A stretch of 64,000 bases of DNA from an uncultured archaeon. Lineage in GTDB: Archaea; Aenigmatarchaeota; Aenigmatarchaeia; CG10238-14. A program made the translations under genes and the position numbers. The notes under the pieces are model-generated. The model was not told the DNA's origin. It made no database searches and was given only the letters and a program-made list of their open reading frames with translations. Each line of letters starts with the position of its first letter. Within the stretch, counting starts at the first letter, position 1. Where the stretch lies: assembly GCA_964392445.1 (NCBI GenBank), contig CAYMPD010000003.1, positions 29,133 to 93,132 of the forward strand, written 5' to 3'. Below, piece by piece: positions 55,698 through 64,000 of the stretch.

Positions 55698-55755
55698 GCT
55701 ACCTAAATATATTACTTTAAAACAAATAATTAATAATCCAGTAAGGGGTGAGAAT

Positions 55756-56091
55756 ATGGTAAAAAAGAAAATCAACGTGAATATAGATCACAGCGAATCA
55801 GGATTTTTAGCAGATTATTTGGTAGTTTCCCATAATCAAAAGAAATTTGTCCTTGATTTCGTTCAGGTAACACCAAGGTTTGATAGAGTTGGTGATGAAA
55901 TGAAACAGTCTCTATCATACAAACATAAGACATTAATAGTAGACCCTGAAACAGCTAAAGGTATTCTTGAAATCTTGGGAGATAATATCAAAAAGTACGA
56001 GAAAAGATTCGATAAAATAAAAACTCAGAAAGGTAAACCTAAAAGTGAACCAGCAGGATATTCAGAAGAGGCGACAAGATATATTGGTTAA
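55756..56091 (+). CDS. DUF3467-like protein
   Basis: GGGGTGA SD; VSHNQKKFVLDF...IVDPETAK...L.DNIKKYEKRF. Confidence 0.7.
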   Translation: MVKKKINVNIDHSESGFLADYLVVSHNQKKFVLDFVQVTPRFDRVGDEMKQSLSYKHKTLIVDPETAKGILEILGDNIKKYEKRFDKIKTQKGKPKSEPAGYSEEATRYIG

Positions 56092-56108
56092 ATGGGAGGA
56101 GATATAAT

Positions 56109-56826
56109 TTGATAATAATGGGTATAGACGAGGCTGGTAGAAAACATCGAGTCCAATGATTCATGTTTACCAAGAGGCCCAGTCTTAGGTCCGATGGTTC
56201 TGTGCGGTTTAGCAGTAAGTGAAGAACAAGAGAAGGAATTAAGAAAAATCAAGGTAAAAGATTCCAAGATGCTGACCGCGGAAAAAAGAGAAGAACTTTC
56301 TGGAAAAATTGAAAAGATAGCGACACATACCGTAGTGATCAGAGTTCCTGCACATAAAATAGACACGAACAGGAAAAGAGGAGTTAATCTTAATCAGATC
56401 GAAGCCCTAAAAATGGCAGAAATTATCAACATGGTTAGACCGGACAAGGTTTACATTGATTCGCCCAGTTACAATAGTCATAAATTTACTGATTACTTGT
56501 TCTCAAAATTAGAAAATAAAAACACCGAGATAATTGCCGAGAATTACGCAGACAAAAAATATCCGGTCGTTTCTGCAGCTTCAATTATAGCAAAGGTTGA
56601 TAGAGATGGGCAGATTAAAAAATTAGAGAAGGAGTTAGGAGAACCCATTGGAATTGGCTATCCACATGACCAAATAACCATTCAACACTTGGAAAAATTA
56701 GCAAGAAAGAACAAGGGTAAGATGCCGAGGTATGTAAGATGTAGTTGGGATACTACTAGACAAATAATTAGGAAATATGAACAGAAGGGGTTAGGTGGAT
56801 TCTTCAAAAAAATTACTAAAAATTAA
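56109..56826 (+). CDS. rnhB: Ribonuclease HII, two exons (56109-56140 and 56175-56826), 227 aa after splicing
   Basis: GGGAGGA SD, TTG start. Spliced N-terminus MIIMGIDEAGRGPVLGPMV; also VKDSK, YIDS, ADKKYPVVSAASIIAKV, GYP, VRCSW. Confidence 0.9.
56141..56174 (+). other. 34-nt bulge-helix-bulge intron in rnhB mRNA
   Basis: TGGT-AG|A-AAACAT-C-GAGTC-CAAT-GATTC-ATGTTT-ACCA-AG|A: 4-bp central helix, two AGA bulges, 11-bp inner hairpin; excision restores the frame. Confidence 0.85.
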
Positions 56827-56847
56827 TCAAAAAAAAGGTTATTAACT

Positions 56848-57402
56848 ATGGAAGATGGCGAATTTTTAAAAAACAATATCGCTAATTTCATCACTTCAGT
56901 AAGAATATTATTTTCTTTTCTTTTTATTTATCTTGCATCAAAAGATCAAAGAATGGCATTTTTAGTATTGTATCTTATTTTGTATTTGAGTGACATTATT
57001 GATGGTAACCTAGCAAGGAAATTAAATATCGTATCAGAAAAAGGAAGAAAACTTGATGCAGTAGCTGATTATATTTTCCACAGTTTAACTGTTCTTTGTT
57101 TCGTTTATATTTTTAAGCAAGATATTTTTGACAATCTAATCTTTTTTTTAATTCCAATATTAAACTTCTTTATTCCCAAGATTTTCCACTTATTCGTGTT
57201 TAAAAAATATCCAATTGTAAGGATGAAAGGTTGGTTTTATACTTCATATGCGTTGGTTTTATTTCTGGTAATCTCTTTGGGTTTCGGTTTTAATAGATTT
57301 TTATTATTTTTCTTAATTTTATTTTCTTTTTTTGGATTAATCGAAGAAACAATCACTTATGTTAAAAAGTATAACTACTTAACTTCAAAAAAAGTCAACT
57401 AA
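56848..57402 (+). CDS. CDP-alcohol phosphatidyltransferase family protein
   Basis: ANFITSVR, SDIIDGNLARKLN...GRKLDAVAD signature. Confidence 0.88.
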   Translation: MEDGEFLKNNIANFITSVRILFSFLFIYLASKDQRMAFLVLYLILYLSDIIDGNLARKLNIVSEKGRKLDAVADYIFHSLTVLCFVYIFKQDIFDNLIFFLIPILNFFIPKIFHLFVFKKYPIVRMKGWFYTSYALVLFLVISLGFGFNRFLLFFLILFSFFGLIEETITYVKKYNYLTSKKVN

Positions 57403-57484
57403 AAGATTTTCAAAAATTTTATTATTCATTTTAGAAAGTTGAATTTCTATCAAAATATTTATTTTGTTTCCAGTAAAGTAATTC

Positions 57485-58231
57485 ATGGAATTAAAAATAT
57501 TGAGTTTAAACTGTTGGCTTCTACCACCACCCTTTTCAGTGAATAATAAAAAAAGACTATCTCAAATAATTAACCTAATTAAAGGAAACAGTCCAAAGAT
57601 AATAGCTCTTCAGGAAGTATGGTCGAGCAAAAATGTAGAGAAAATTAAATATAGTTTAAAGGAGTATTTTTTTATTAAATCAAGTTCTACTTTATTCAAT
57701 AAGAGTGGCCTTCTGACGGGCTATTTAAAAAATATTTCTCATTTTGAAATTAATCATTTTCCAATCACAAAAAAATATAATTTATTAGAAAAAGTAGTAG
57801 GAAAAGGTTACCATGTTTTGGGATTGAGTGATAATCTATTTTTTGTTAACACCCATCTATACAATCCAATAAATAGTTCTGAGAAATCTATTAATAAGTT
57901 ACAATTCAAAACACTCCAAAGGTTAAAACCATCTAAAGAATTGATTATCGTGGGCGATTTAAACCTGAATGAGGGTGATTTGATAAAATTAAACAAAAGA
58001 TTCAACTATGACAACTCACATGGTTTTACTGTTTCTAGTTCAAATAAATTAACTAAAACAGGGTTCAATAAATTTGGTGATTCGGATCTAAAAATAGATT
58101 ATCATCTTGCTACTAAAAAAATTTCCAATTCAATAGTAACCAAATGCGTTAAAAAACCAATTGTTTCAGACCATTACATGTTGATTTCGAATATCAAGAT
58201 TGATAAGGAAGGCACCATCAATACAAAGTAA
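57485..58231 (+). CDS. Endonuclease/exonuclease/phosphatase protein, neutral-sphingomyelinase-like
   Basis: SLNCW, ALQEVW, NTHL, GDLN, IDY, SDH. Confidence 0.8.
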   Translation: MELKILSLNCWLLPPPFSVNNKKRLSQIINLIKGNSPKIIALQEVWSSKNVEKIKYSLKEYFFIKSSSTLFNKSGLLTGYLKNISHFEINHFPITKKYNLLEKVVGKGYHVLGLSDNLFFVNTHLYNPINSSEKSINKLQFKTLQRLKPSKELIIVGDLNLNEGDLIKLNKRFNYDNSHGFTVSSSNKLTKTGFNKFGDSDLKIDYHLATKKISNSIVTKCVKKPIVSDHYMLISNIKIDKEGTINTK

Positions 58232-58238
58232 ATTTTTA

Positions 58239-58736
58239 TTAATGGGATTCTTTTTTCAATTTAAGGGAATACCAAAAAAGGTTCAATGCCTTTGATAGAG
58301 GGATAGAGGAAATTACAATGAAAATTGCTTGAGAAAAAGTGATGTCCAGCATATTAAAGATATAGGCGAGGGTTAAACCAACGATACTAAAAGGAACGGT
58401 ATCTAGTAATAAATTATGTTCACCGGGTTTAAGGGAACATCTTCTTTTGATGAAACTCCCTAGGAGATCACCAATTAATGAGCCTCCCCCTAAAACAATA
58501 CCTAACCAAGGACCTTTTCGCTGAATTAAAGAGAGAATAATAGCTGATAAAGTACCTAAAAAGATACCCCGCCAAGTTTTATGATCTCCAAATAGTCTTC
58601 TATCTTTAATTTTTTTGTTAAAATCAACTGGATAATCAAGGAAGTTAATTTTGCTAACCAAAATGGGAATAGTATTGGCCACCACTGCCGGTAAAAAGAA
58701 CCAATAAGCTTCTAGAACGTATCTAACTAATACCAT
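58239..58736 (-). CDS. carS: CDP-archaeol synthase (CarS/DUF46 family)
   Basis: FLPAVVAN..P...PVD...R.FGDHKTWRG...GDLLGSFIKRR. Confidence 0.82.
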   Translation of the reverse strand: MVLVRYVLEAYWFFLPAVVANTIPILVSKINFLDYPVDFNKKIKDRRLFGDHKTWRGIFLGTLSAIILSLIQRKGPWLGIVLGGGSLIGDLLGSFIKRRCSLKPGEHNLLLDTVPFSIVGLTLAYIFNMLDITFSQAIFIVISSIPLSKALNLFWYSLKLKKESH

Positions 58737-58774
58737 TTATAATATATTAAAAGCTCAATTTATAAGGTATATTT

Positions 58775-59083
58775 ATGAAAGATGATATCCTAATAGGTTA
58801 CTGTGGTATTTGTTGCTCTATTTGTAATTCTTACAAGACTAAAAGATGTCCTGGTTGCCCTGAATTAGATTGTGAAATATCAGTTTGTGCGAGGTCTAAA
58901 GGTACTTACTGCTTTTCATGCGAGGAATTTCCATGTAAAATACATGAAGAAGGATCTGAGGTAGATATGGATGAAATAAAGGAATTTAAGGATTTGAATC
59001 TTGGAAAAGTCAAGTGGAAGCCATATAGTAAGATATCGATAAAAGTATCAAAACTTTTGAAAGAAAAACATAACAAAGACTAA
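58775..59083 (+). CDS. DUF3795-like Cys-rich protein
   Basis: GYCGICCSIC...CPGC...CEISVCA...CFSCEEFPC. Confidence 0.78.
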   Translation: MKDDILIGYCGICCSICNSYKTKRCPGCPELDCEISVCARSKGTYCFSCEEFPCKIHEEGSEVDMDEIKEFKDLNLGKVKWKPYSKISIKVSKLLKEKHNKD

Positions 59084-60118
59084 CTACTTCTTAACCCATT
59101 CAGTAAGTGTAAACTGCGTACCTGACTTTTTAGCATCAATTAATCTATCAACTCCCTTTTCTATCCTATCCTCCGAGAAATCGTGCTCATCAACAAGTAT
59201 CTTCATTATTTTTTCTTTATTCGGCTCTTTCCATTCTATTTCATATTCCTCTTTCACAGGTGGATTCAAAAAGAATTCGTAAATTTTTTCTGGGCCAGTA
59301 TCAAATTTCCATTCAACTCCTTCCAAAATACCTTTCAAACTAGGCTTCTCTTTAACCAAATCCAATCCGGTCTTAGGACCAATACCTTCTATTCCCCCAG
59401 GATTATAATCTGTCCCAACTAAAATCCCAAGTAAAATCAATTGTTCTTTTGTTAATTCTAATTCCGACAAAACCTTATCTAGTTCTATTAACTCAGGTTT
59501 AATTTCAACCCATCTTTGCTGGTTAGGAATTTTCCTTTTTCCTGTGATTGAAAGATTTCTCACCATTCTTGGAGATCCGAATAGAATTGAGTCGATATCT
59601 TGAGAACCTATTGCATAAGCATCCCCTTTTTGAACTATTAAAGCCGCTTGTGCTTCTCCCTCTGATGGCGCATGTAGAGACGGTATTCCCATTGCATCCA
59701 AAACTCTAGCTGCTTCATTTACCATGTCGACGGTAACTTCGAAAGCACTTTGTGCGTAAGTCATTATCTTTTCTTTCTCACCCCTTCTAACAGCTTCTTT
59801 CCAGTTTTCTTTAGCTTCTGCTCTGGCATTTTTTCTTTCTTTCAAAGTTTTTCTCTTAAAATCGGGCGGAGGACCATCTATGACAAAAATAGGCTTAATT
59901 CCAGTTTCAACTAACCTAATAGTCCTATAAAAAACTCCAGAAAGATGAGATGTTATTCTACCTTTAGAATCCCTTAAAGGGTCTCCAGTGTCTCTATGTC
60001 TAATAATACTTAGGAACTGAAAAAGAGTATTGTAAGCATCAATGGCTATTTTTTTCCCTGATAAAGTCTCTAATTCTATTTCAGTTTTTGGGATAATCCC
60101 AGATATTTGAACTCCCAT
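59084..60118 (-). CDS. fen: Flap endonuclease 1
   Basis: IDAYNTLFQFL, SHLSG, EGEAQAA, SQDIDSILFG, GTDYNPGGIEGIGPK, PIP box QFTLTEW. Confidence 0.96.
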   Translation of the reverse strand: MGVQISGIIPKTEIELETLSGKKIAIDAYNTLFQFLSIIRHRDTGDPLRDSKGRITSHLSGVFYRTIRLVETGIKPIFVIDGPPPDFKRKTLKERKNARAEAKENWKEAVRRGEKEKIMTYAQSAFEVTVDMVNEAARVLDAMGIPSLHAPSEGEAQAALIVQKGDAYAIGSQDIDSILFGSPRMVRNLSITGKRKIPNQQRWVEIKPELIELDKVLSELELTKEQLILLGILVGTDYNPGGIEGIGPKTGLDLVKEKPSLKGILEGVEWKFDTGPEKIYEFFLNPPVKEEYEIEWKEPNKEKIMKILVDEHDFSEDRIEKGVDRLIDAKKSGTQFTLTEWVKK

Positions 60119-60150
60119 AATTAAAATTTACTGTTCTGTATATAAAGCTA

Positions 60151-60507
60151 TTATTTCTTTTTCTTGGATTTCTTTTTAGTTTTCTTCTTTTTCTTTTTAG
60201 TTCTCTCTTCCTTCTCTTCTTCTTTTTCCTCTTCCTCTTCTTCCTTCTTTAGTTCTCTCTCTATCCTTAGCTCGTCGAGTTCTAACCAGACAATGAACAA
60301 TCCTATAAGGAACACAAAACCTGGTACAGAACCTACTAGTAATGTTATCAATGATTCCCACATGTACACTGTTCCAAGCACTGGTAGATAGATTCCTTGC
60401 GCAACTCCGTTTATCAATTCATATGCATACATCCCTAGTGGTACTACTAACAACAGAACTCCAATTAGAAGCTTAGTCATCGTATTCATTTCTACACCAC
60501 CCTCCAT
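60151..60507 (-). CDS. Membrane protein with highly charged C-terminal tail
   Basis: Two TM helices, then an E-rich and K-rich tail. Confidence 0.7.
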   Translation of the reverse strand: MEGGVEMNTMTKLLIGVLLLVVPLGMYAYELINGVAQGIYLPVLGTVYMWESLITLLVGSVPGFVFLIGLFIVWLELDELRIERELKKEEEEEEKEEEKEERTKKKKKKTKKKSKKKK

Positions 60508-60566
60508 TTAATGGAACTAATATTCACTTTTACGTATTTAAATTTTGCAAAAATCATATTTAAAGT

Positions 60567-61451
60567 ATGGTTGATACAACTATGTTTATTGGTAATGTTT
60601 CTCTCGGAGAATTCCTACTATTTATTTTTCTTTTCATAGTCACCATATTCGTTTCCAATATTCTATCAGAGTTAATCACGAGGCTTCTAAAAGGTAAGTT
60701 AAAGGGTTCAAGTTATAAGATACCGGGTAGAATTTTGCAATACATCCTAATTTTTTCCGTGACTTACTATGGTTTATCTAATATCCTTGGTTTTGATCTT
60801 ACCGCCTTTTTTGCAGCTTTTGGTATAATGGGTATTGTGGTTGCGTTTTCAGCTCAACAAACTATCCAGAACGTTCTCGGAGGAGTTTTTATACTTCTCG
60901 GCGGTTTAATCAAGCTTGATGATTGGATAGAGGCTTCTGGTCTTCCACACACAAATATGGCTCAGGTAAAAGATATAGGACTTACAAGAACAACATTGAG
61001 AGAAATTAATGGGAGGGTTATAACATTACCCAATTCATTGTTTGTTTCAAATAAACTAGTAAAATATCCGCGCGGAGATTTTTTTAGAGCGTCTTTTGAT
61101 TTAAGGGTTTCTTCGAAAACTAAGATGGAGGAGGTAAACGATATCGTTAATGAGATATGCAGTAAAAATGAAAAAATACTTCCTAACATTCCTAGAAGAC
61201 AAAAAAGAGGCTTAAGGAAATTATTGGAAACTTTACCTGCTGGCCATGAAGAGCTATTAGGATTTTTAGAGAGAAAAGTTGATACTGAAAGATTTGAACC
61301 AAAGGTTTTGATAAAGGATATCAGTAAAGAGGGTTTAACTCTGAATATTTGTATATGGATATGGGAAATTGAGAATAAGGAGAAAATAATATCAAGTTTA
61401 ATGGATGAGATTAGATCAGAATTGCCTAAAAAAGGCGTTAAATTAGTTTAG
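60567..61451 (+). CDS. mscS: Small-conductance mechanosensitive channel
   Basis: Three TMs, FSAQQTIQNVLGG, DDWIE, IGLTRT, TLPNS. Confidence 0.9.
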   Translation: MVDTTMFIGNVSLGEFLLFIFLFIVTIFVSNILSELITRLLKGKLKGSSYKIPGRILQYILIFSVTYYGLSNILGFDLTAFFAAFGIMGIVVAFSAQQTIQNVLGGVFILLGGLIKLDDWIEASGLPHTNMAQVKDIGLTRTTLREINGRVITLPNSLFVSNKLVKYPRGDFFRASFDLRVSSKTKMEEVNDIVNEICSKNEKILPNIPRRQKRGLRKLLETLPAGHEELLGFLERKVDTERFEPKVLIKDISKEGLTLNICIWIWEIENKEKIISSLMDEIRSELPKKGVKLV

Positions 61452-61744
61452 AACTTGAATAGAACTTTTTTGAAATTTTGGATTTTACCGCCTTTAGTTT
61501 TTACCCCTTCTTTTTCTAGAAGTTTAATTTTATTTTCCACTCCACTTCTAAAACCACCTATTCTCCCATCACTATTAACAACTCTATGACAAGCGGCTTC
61601 TGGAGCGTAAGGATTATTATGGCAAGCATTACCCACGGCACGGTAAGCTTTCGTACCTAATTTCTCGGCTATTATTTTGTAGGTAGTTACTTTACCTCTT
61701 GGTATTTGTTTTAGTAGTTGCCATACTTTTTGTTGGAAGGACAT
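61448..61744 (-). CDS. ogt: O6-alkylguanine-DNA alkyltransferase (MGMT), C-terminal domain only
   Basis: IPRGKVTTY..IA, RAVG, ACHRVV with the active Cys, K..LL..EG. Confidence 0.88.
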   Translation of the reverse strand: MSFQQKVWQLLKQIPRGKVTTYKIIAEKLGTKAYRAVGNACHNNPYAPEAACHRVVNSDGRIGGFRSGVENKIKLLEKEGVKTKGGKIQNFKKVLFKF

Positions 61745-61840
61745 ACTAATTACTTATTTTTCTGAAAGTGAAATAATTTATCCAAGAGCGATAATATTTA
61801 AATCTTGCGATATAAACAGTTAAGGAATAGGTGTATTTGA

Positions 61841-62374
61841 ATGGTTAGTGGTCTTTACAAAAATATAAGAGAATTATGGAAAAAACCTAAATCAGAGACT
61901 ATGAAACCTTTAACAAAATCTAGGCTGATAAAGTGGAGAAAAGAACCAAGATTTGTGAAGGTTAATAAACCAACAAGGCTTGATAAAGCCCGAAATTTAG
62001 GTTATAGAGCAAAAAAAGGCTTTGTAATTATTAGAGGAAGGATTAAACGAGGAGGCAGAAATAGGCCAGTTTATGGTAGAAGAGGGAGAAAGCCATCAAA
62101 AGCAGGTATAACTGGTTTCACACCAAAGAAATCCTTGCAGTGGATAATGGAAGAGAGAATCCAGAAGAAACATCCTAACCTTGAAGTCCTTGGTAGTTAT
62201 GAAGTAGGGAAGGATGGAAGATACAAGTGGTTTGAGGTAGTTCTTGTTGATCCCATGGTTCCAGAGATTAAAAAAGATAAAAATTTGAAATGGATTACAA
62301 AAGGTAAAAATAGACGAAGAGTTCACAGAGGCTTGACTAAATCTGGGAAAAAATCTCGTGGATTGAAGGGTTAA
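61841..62374 (+). CDS. rpl15e: 50S ribosomal protein eL15
   Basis: PTRLDKARNLGYRAKKG, EERIQKKHPNLEVLGSY, YKWFEVVLVDP, RRVHRGLT. Confidence 0.96.
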   Translation: MVSGLYKNIRELWKKPKSETMKPLTKSRLIKWRKEPRFVKVNKPTRLDKARNLGYRAKKGFVIIRGRIKRGGRNRPVYGRRGRKPSKAGITGFTPKKSLQWIMEERIQKKHPNLEVLGSYEVGKDGRYKWFEVVLVDPMVPEIKKDKNLKWITKGKNRRRVHRGLTKSGKKSRGLKG

Positions 62375-62382
62375 TTAATTAC

Positions 62383-62553
62383 TCATCTTATTATATTGTA
62401 AGCGACATTAATCAAAATTAGGGTAATTAGGAATGCTGTTGTTTGACCCTCTAATGGATAACATCTCTTTATCTCTTCAACGACTTCTTCATAAAATCTA
62501 GGTCTATTATCTCTTGATCCTATGTTATCCCTTATTTGGTCCGAATAAACCAT
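62383..62553 (-). CDS. Putative small protein with C-terminal TM helix (56 aa)
   Basis: MVYSDQIRDNIGSRDNRPRFYEEVVEEIKRCYPLEGQTTAFLITLILINVAYNIIR*; fills the rpl15e-rpp30 gap. Confidence 0.45.
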   Translation of the reverse strand: MVYSDQIRDNIGSRDNRPRFYEEVVEEIKRCYPLEGQTTAFLITLILINVAYNIIR

Positions 62554-62629
62554 GTTAATTTACAGGTTAGATGGATATTTAAATCCTAATGTAAGGCTTA
62601 ATTTCTTAATTATTCAAAACAAATCTTAA

Positions 62630-63355
62630 TTGGTTAAGATGAACTACTACGATTTTCACGTCAGATCAGAATTTTCCGAAGGAGAATCATCTATTCAGGA
62701 TTTTGCCGAAAGAGCTAAAATTTTGGGCTACAATGGTATTTGTATTTCCGAATTTTTCCAATCAAAAAAACAAATAGAGAAATTAAGAAGGGAATGTCAA
62801 AAAATAAACAAAAATTTAGGCGTAGAAATTTTTCTGGGATTCCAGGCAAAAACCTCAAAAGAACTTAGGAAATTAACTGAGATAAGAAGAGATTATGATG
62901 TTTTATTGGTCACAGGAGGGAAACTTAATCTTAACCGAAAGGCAGTTGAAACTCCAGAGGTAGATGTTCTACTCCACCCCGAGTTTGAAAGACGAGATTC
63001 AGGTCTTAACCACACAATGGCGAAGTTGGCAAGAGAAAATAATGTAGCAATAGAAATTGGTTTTAGAGAAACACTACTCTCTTCCAAGAACACAAGATCA
63101 CATATAATTCATAATCTCTCGAACAATATTAAGCTCTGCAAAAAGTTCAAAGTACCAATTATTCTCTGCTCAGGTTCATTTTCACATCTTCAGATGAAAG
63201 ACCCCAAAGTTCTGATATCAATGGGAAAACTGCTTGGGTTAGAGTTGAGTGAGGCTAAAAAAGCTTTATCAGAAGTACCTGAGAATATCATTAAGATGAT
63301 TAAAGAAAGGCAAGGTGAAAATTGGGTTAGACCCGGAGTTAAGGTGGTTAAATGA
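62630..63355 (+). CDS. rnp3: RNase P protein Rpp30
   Basis: PHP-like YDFHV, NRKAVE...DVLLHP, LNHTMAKLA, AIEI, SGS...MKDP. Confidence 0.88.
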   Translation: MVKMNYYDFHVRSEFSEGESSIQDFAERAKILGYNGICISEFFQSKKQIEKLRRECQKINKNLGVEIFLGFQAKTSKELRKLTEIRRDYDVLLVTGGKLNLNRKAVETPEVDVLLHPEFERRDSGLNHTMAKLARENNVAIEIGFRETLLSSKNTRSHIIHNLSNNIKLCKKFKVPIILCSGSFSHLQMKDPKVLISMGKLLGLELSEAKKALSEVPENIIKMIKERQGENWVRPGVKVVK

Positions 63356-63750
63356 AAACAATCAAAAAAATTGGTGGAATAATAGTTAACGACAAAAAAA
63401 TGTTGGTAGTTAGAAAAAAGGGGACGAGTGTTTACATTATGCCAGGTGGTGGACCTGAAGGAGATGAAACACATCAAGAGACTCTCGAGAGAGAATTAGA
63501 CGAGGAATTGAACCTTTTCCCTTCCAATTTTAAATACTTTGGTAATTTTCAAGAAAAAGCTATGTTTGAAGACGCTGATGTTGATATGTGCGTTTACTTT
63601 GTTGATGTTAAGGGCGACATGAAACCAGATTCAGAGATTGTTGAACTAAAGTGGATAGATAGTGATTATAAGAATCAAGACATAAAATTGGGATCAGTCA
63701 TAGAAAAACATACTTTACCCGTTTTGATTAAGAGAGGATTGGTTAATTGA
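63352..63750 (+). CDS. NUDIX hydrolase
   Basis: MPGGGPEGDETHQETLERELDEE Nudix box. Confidence 0.85.
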   Translation: MKTIKKIGGIIVNDKKMLVVRKKGTSVYIMPGGGPEGDETHQETLERELDEELNLFPSNFKYFGNFQEKAMFEDADVDMCVYFVDVKGDMKPDSEIVELKWIDSDYKNQDIKLGSVIEKHTLPVLIKRGLVN

Positions 63751-64000
63751 AAAATCTAAAAATACTGCCACCAACCTTGAGAGAGAAAAGACGTTACATA
63801 GCGTTTAAGATAATCCCTGAGGGAAAAGAGGAATTTACTTACTCGGATTTAGAAGCTGCTATCTGGAACACAACTTTAGACTTTTTAGGAGAAATTGGGG
63901 TTGTAGAGACATCAATGTGGATACTTAAGGACAGATGGAATCCTAGGAAAAAAACCGGTGTTATTAGATGCAATCATAGAAGTACGGAAAAAATCATAGC
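63747..64000 (+). CDS. rnp2: RNase P protein Pop5 (runs off the window end)
   Basis: TTG start; KILPPTLREKRRYIAF...LDFLGE...GVIRCNH. Confidence 0.88.
   Translation, partial: MKNLKILPPTLREKRRYIAFKIIPEGKEEFTYSDLEAAIWNTTLDFLGEIGVVETSMWILKDRWNPRKKTGVIRCNHRSTEKII

Noticed and set aside
56135-56178. Alternative BHB register with central helix GGTA:TACC
   Set aside because: It would excise 32 nt and give GGT AGA GAG GCC CAG TCT TAG (stop). Only the TGGT:ACCA register yields the conserved protein.
56194-56826. ORF-track start of RNase HII at ATG 56194, or treating rnhB as a simple frameshifted pseudogene
   Set aside because: It would lack the catalytic DEAGRG motif. The upstream exon has an SD and an exact BHB whose predicted cuts restore the frame, which a random indel would not explain.
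60151-60260. Purine/pyrimidine-skewed low-complexity tract
   Set aside because: Explained by the poly-Glu/poly-Lys tail of the membrane protein; not a repeat element.

Overview
Gene-dense, AT-rich archaeal chromosome segment. It carries histone, TBP, TFB, MCM, RFC, aIF2-alpha/beta, aIF5A, eL15 and RNase P proteins, uses GGAGG/AGGTGA Shine-Dalgarno motifs and standard code 11. Compact gene content and many ORFans suggest a DPANN archaeon, possibly Aenigmatarchaeota (inference only). The backbone holds replication, repair and translation genes plus five tRNAs, three with BHB introns. Accessory parts are: a bacterial-type t6A cassette (tsaC-tsaE fusion and tsaD); a free-standing LAGLIDADG gene abutting tRNA-Leu; a 4.1-kb att-bounded element at tRNA-Ser(GCT) with no integrase; a Fic gene bracketed by 50-bp direct repeats; a restriction-modification locus with a MORC-like GHKL/zinc-ribbon protein; an AEP-like primase/TIM-barrel/nucleotidyltransferase cluster; and a lipid head-group cluster. 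MCM carries a 170-aa mini-intein lacking the block-B His. The most striking signal is a 34-nt bulge-helix-bulge intron inside the protein-coding RNase HII gene (56141-56174). It splits the DEAGRG catalytic motif, and removing it at the predicted tRNA-splicing-endonuclease cut sites restores the frame exactly. No rRNA genes or CRISPR array were seen. All family calls come from motif recognition by eye, not database searches.
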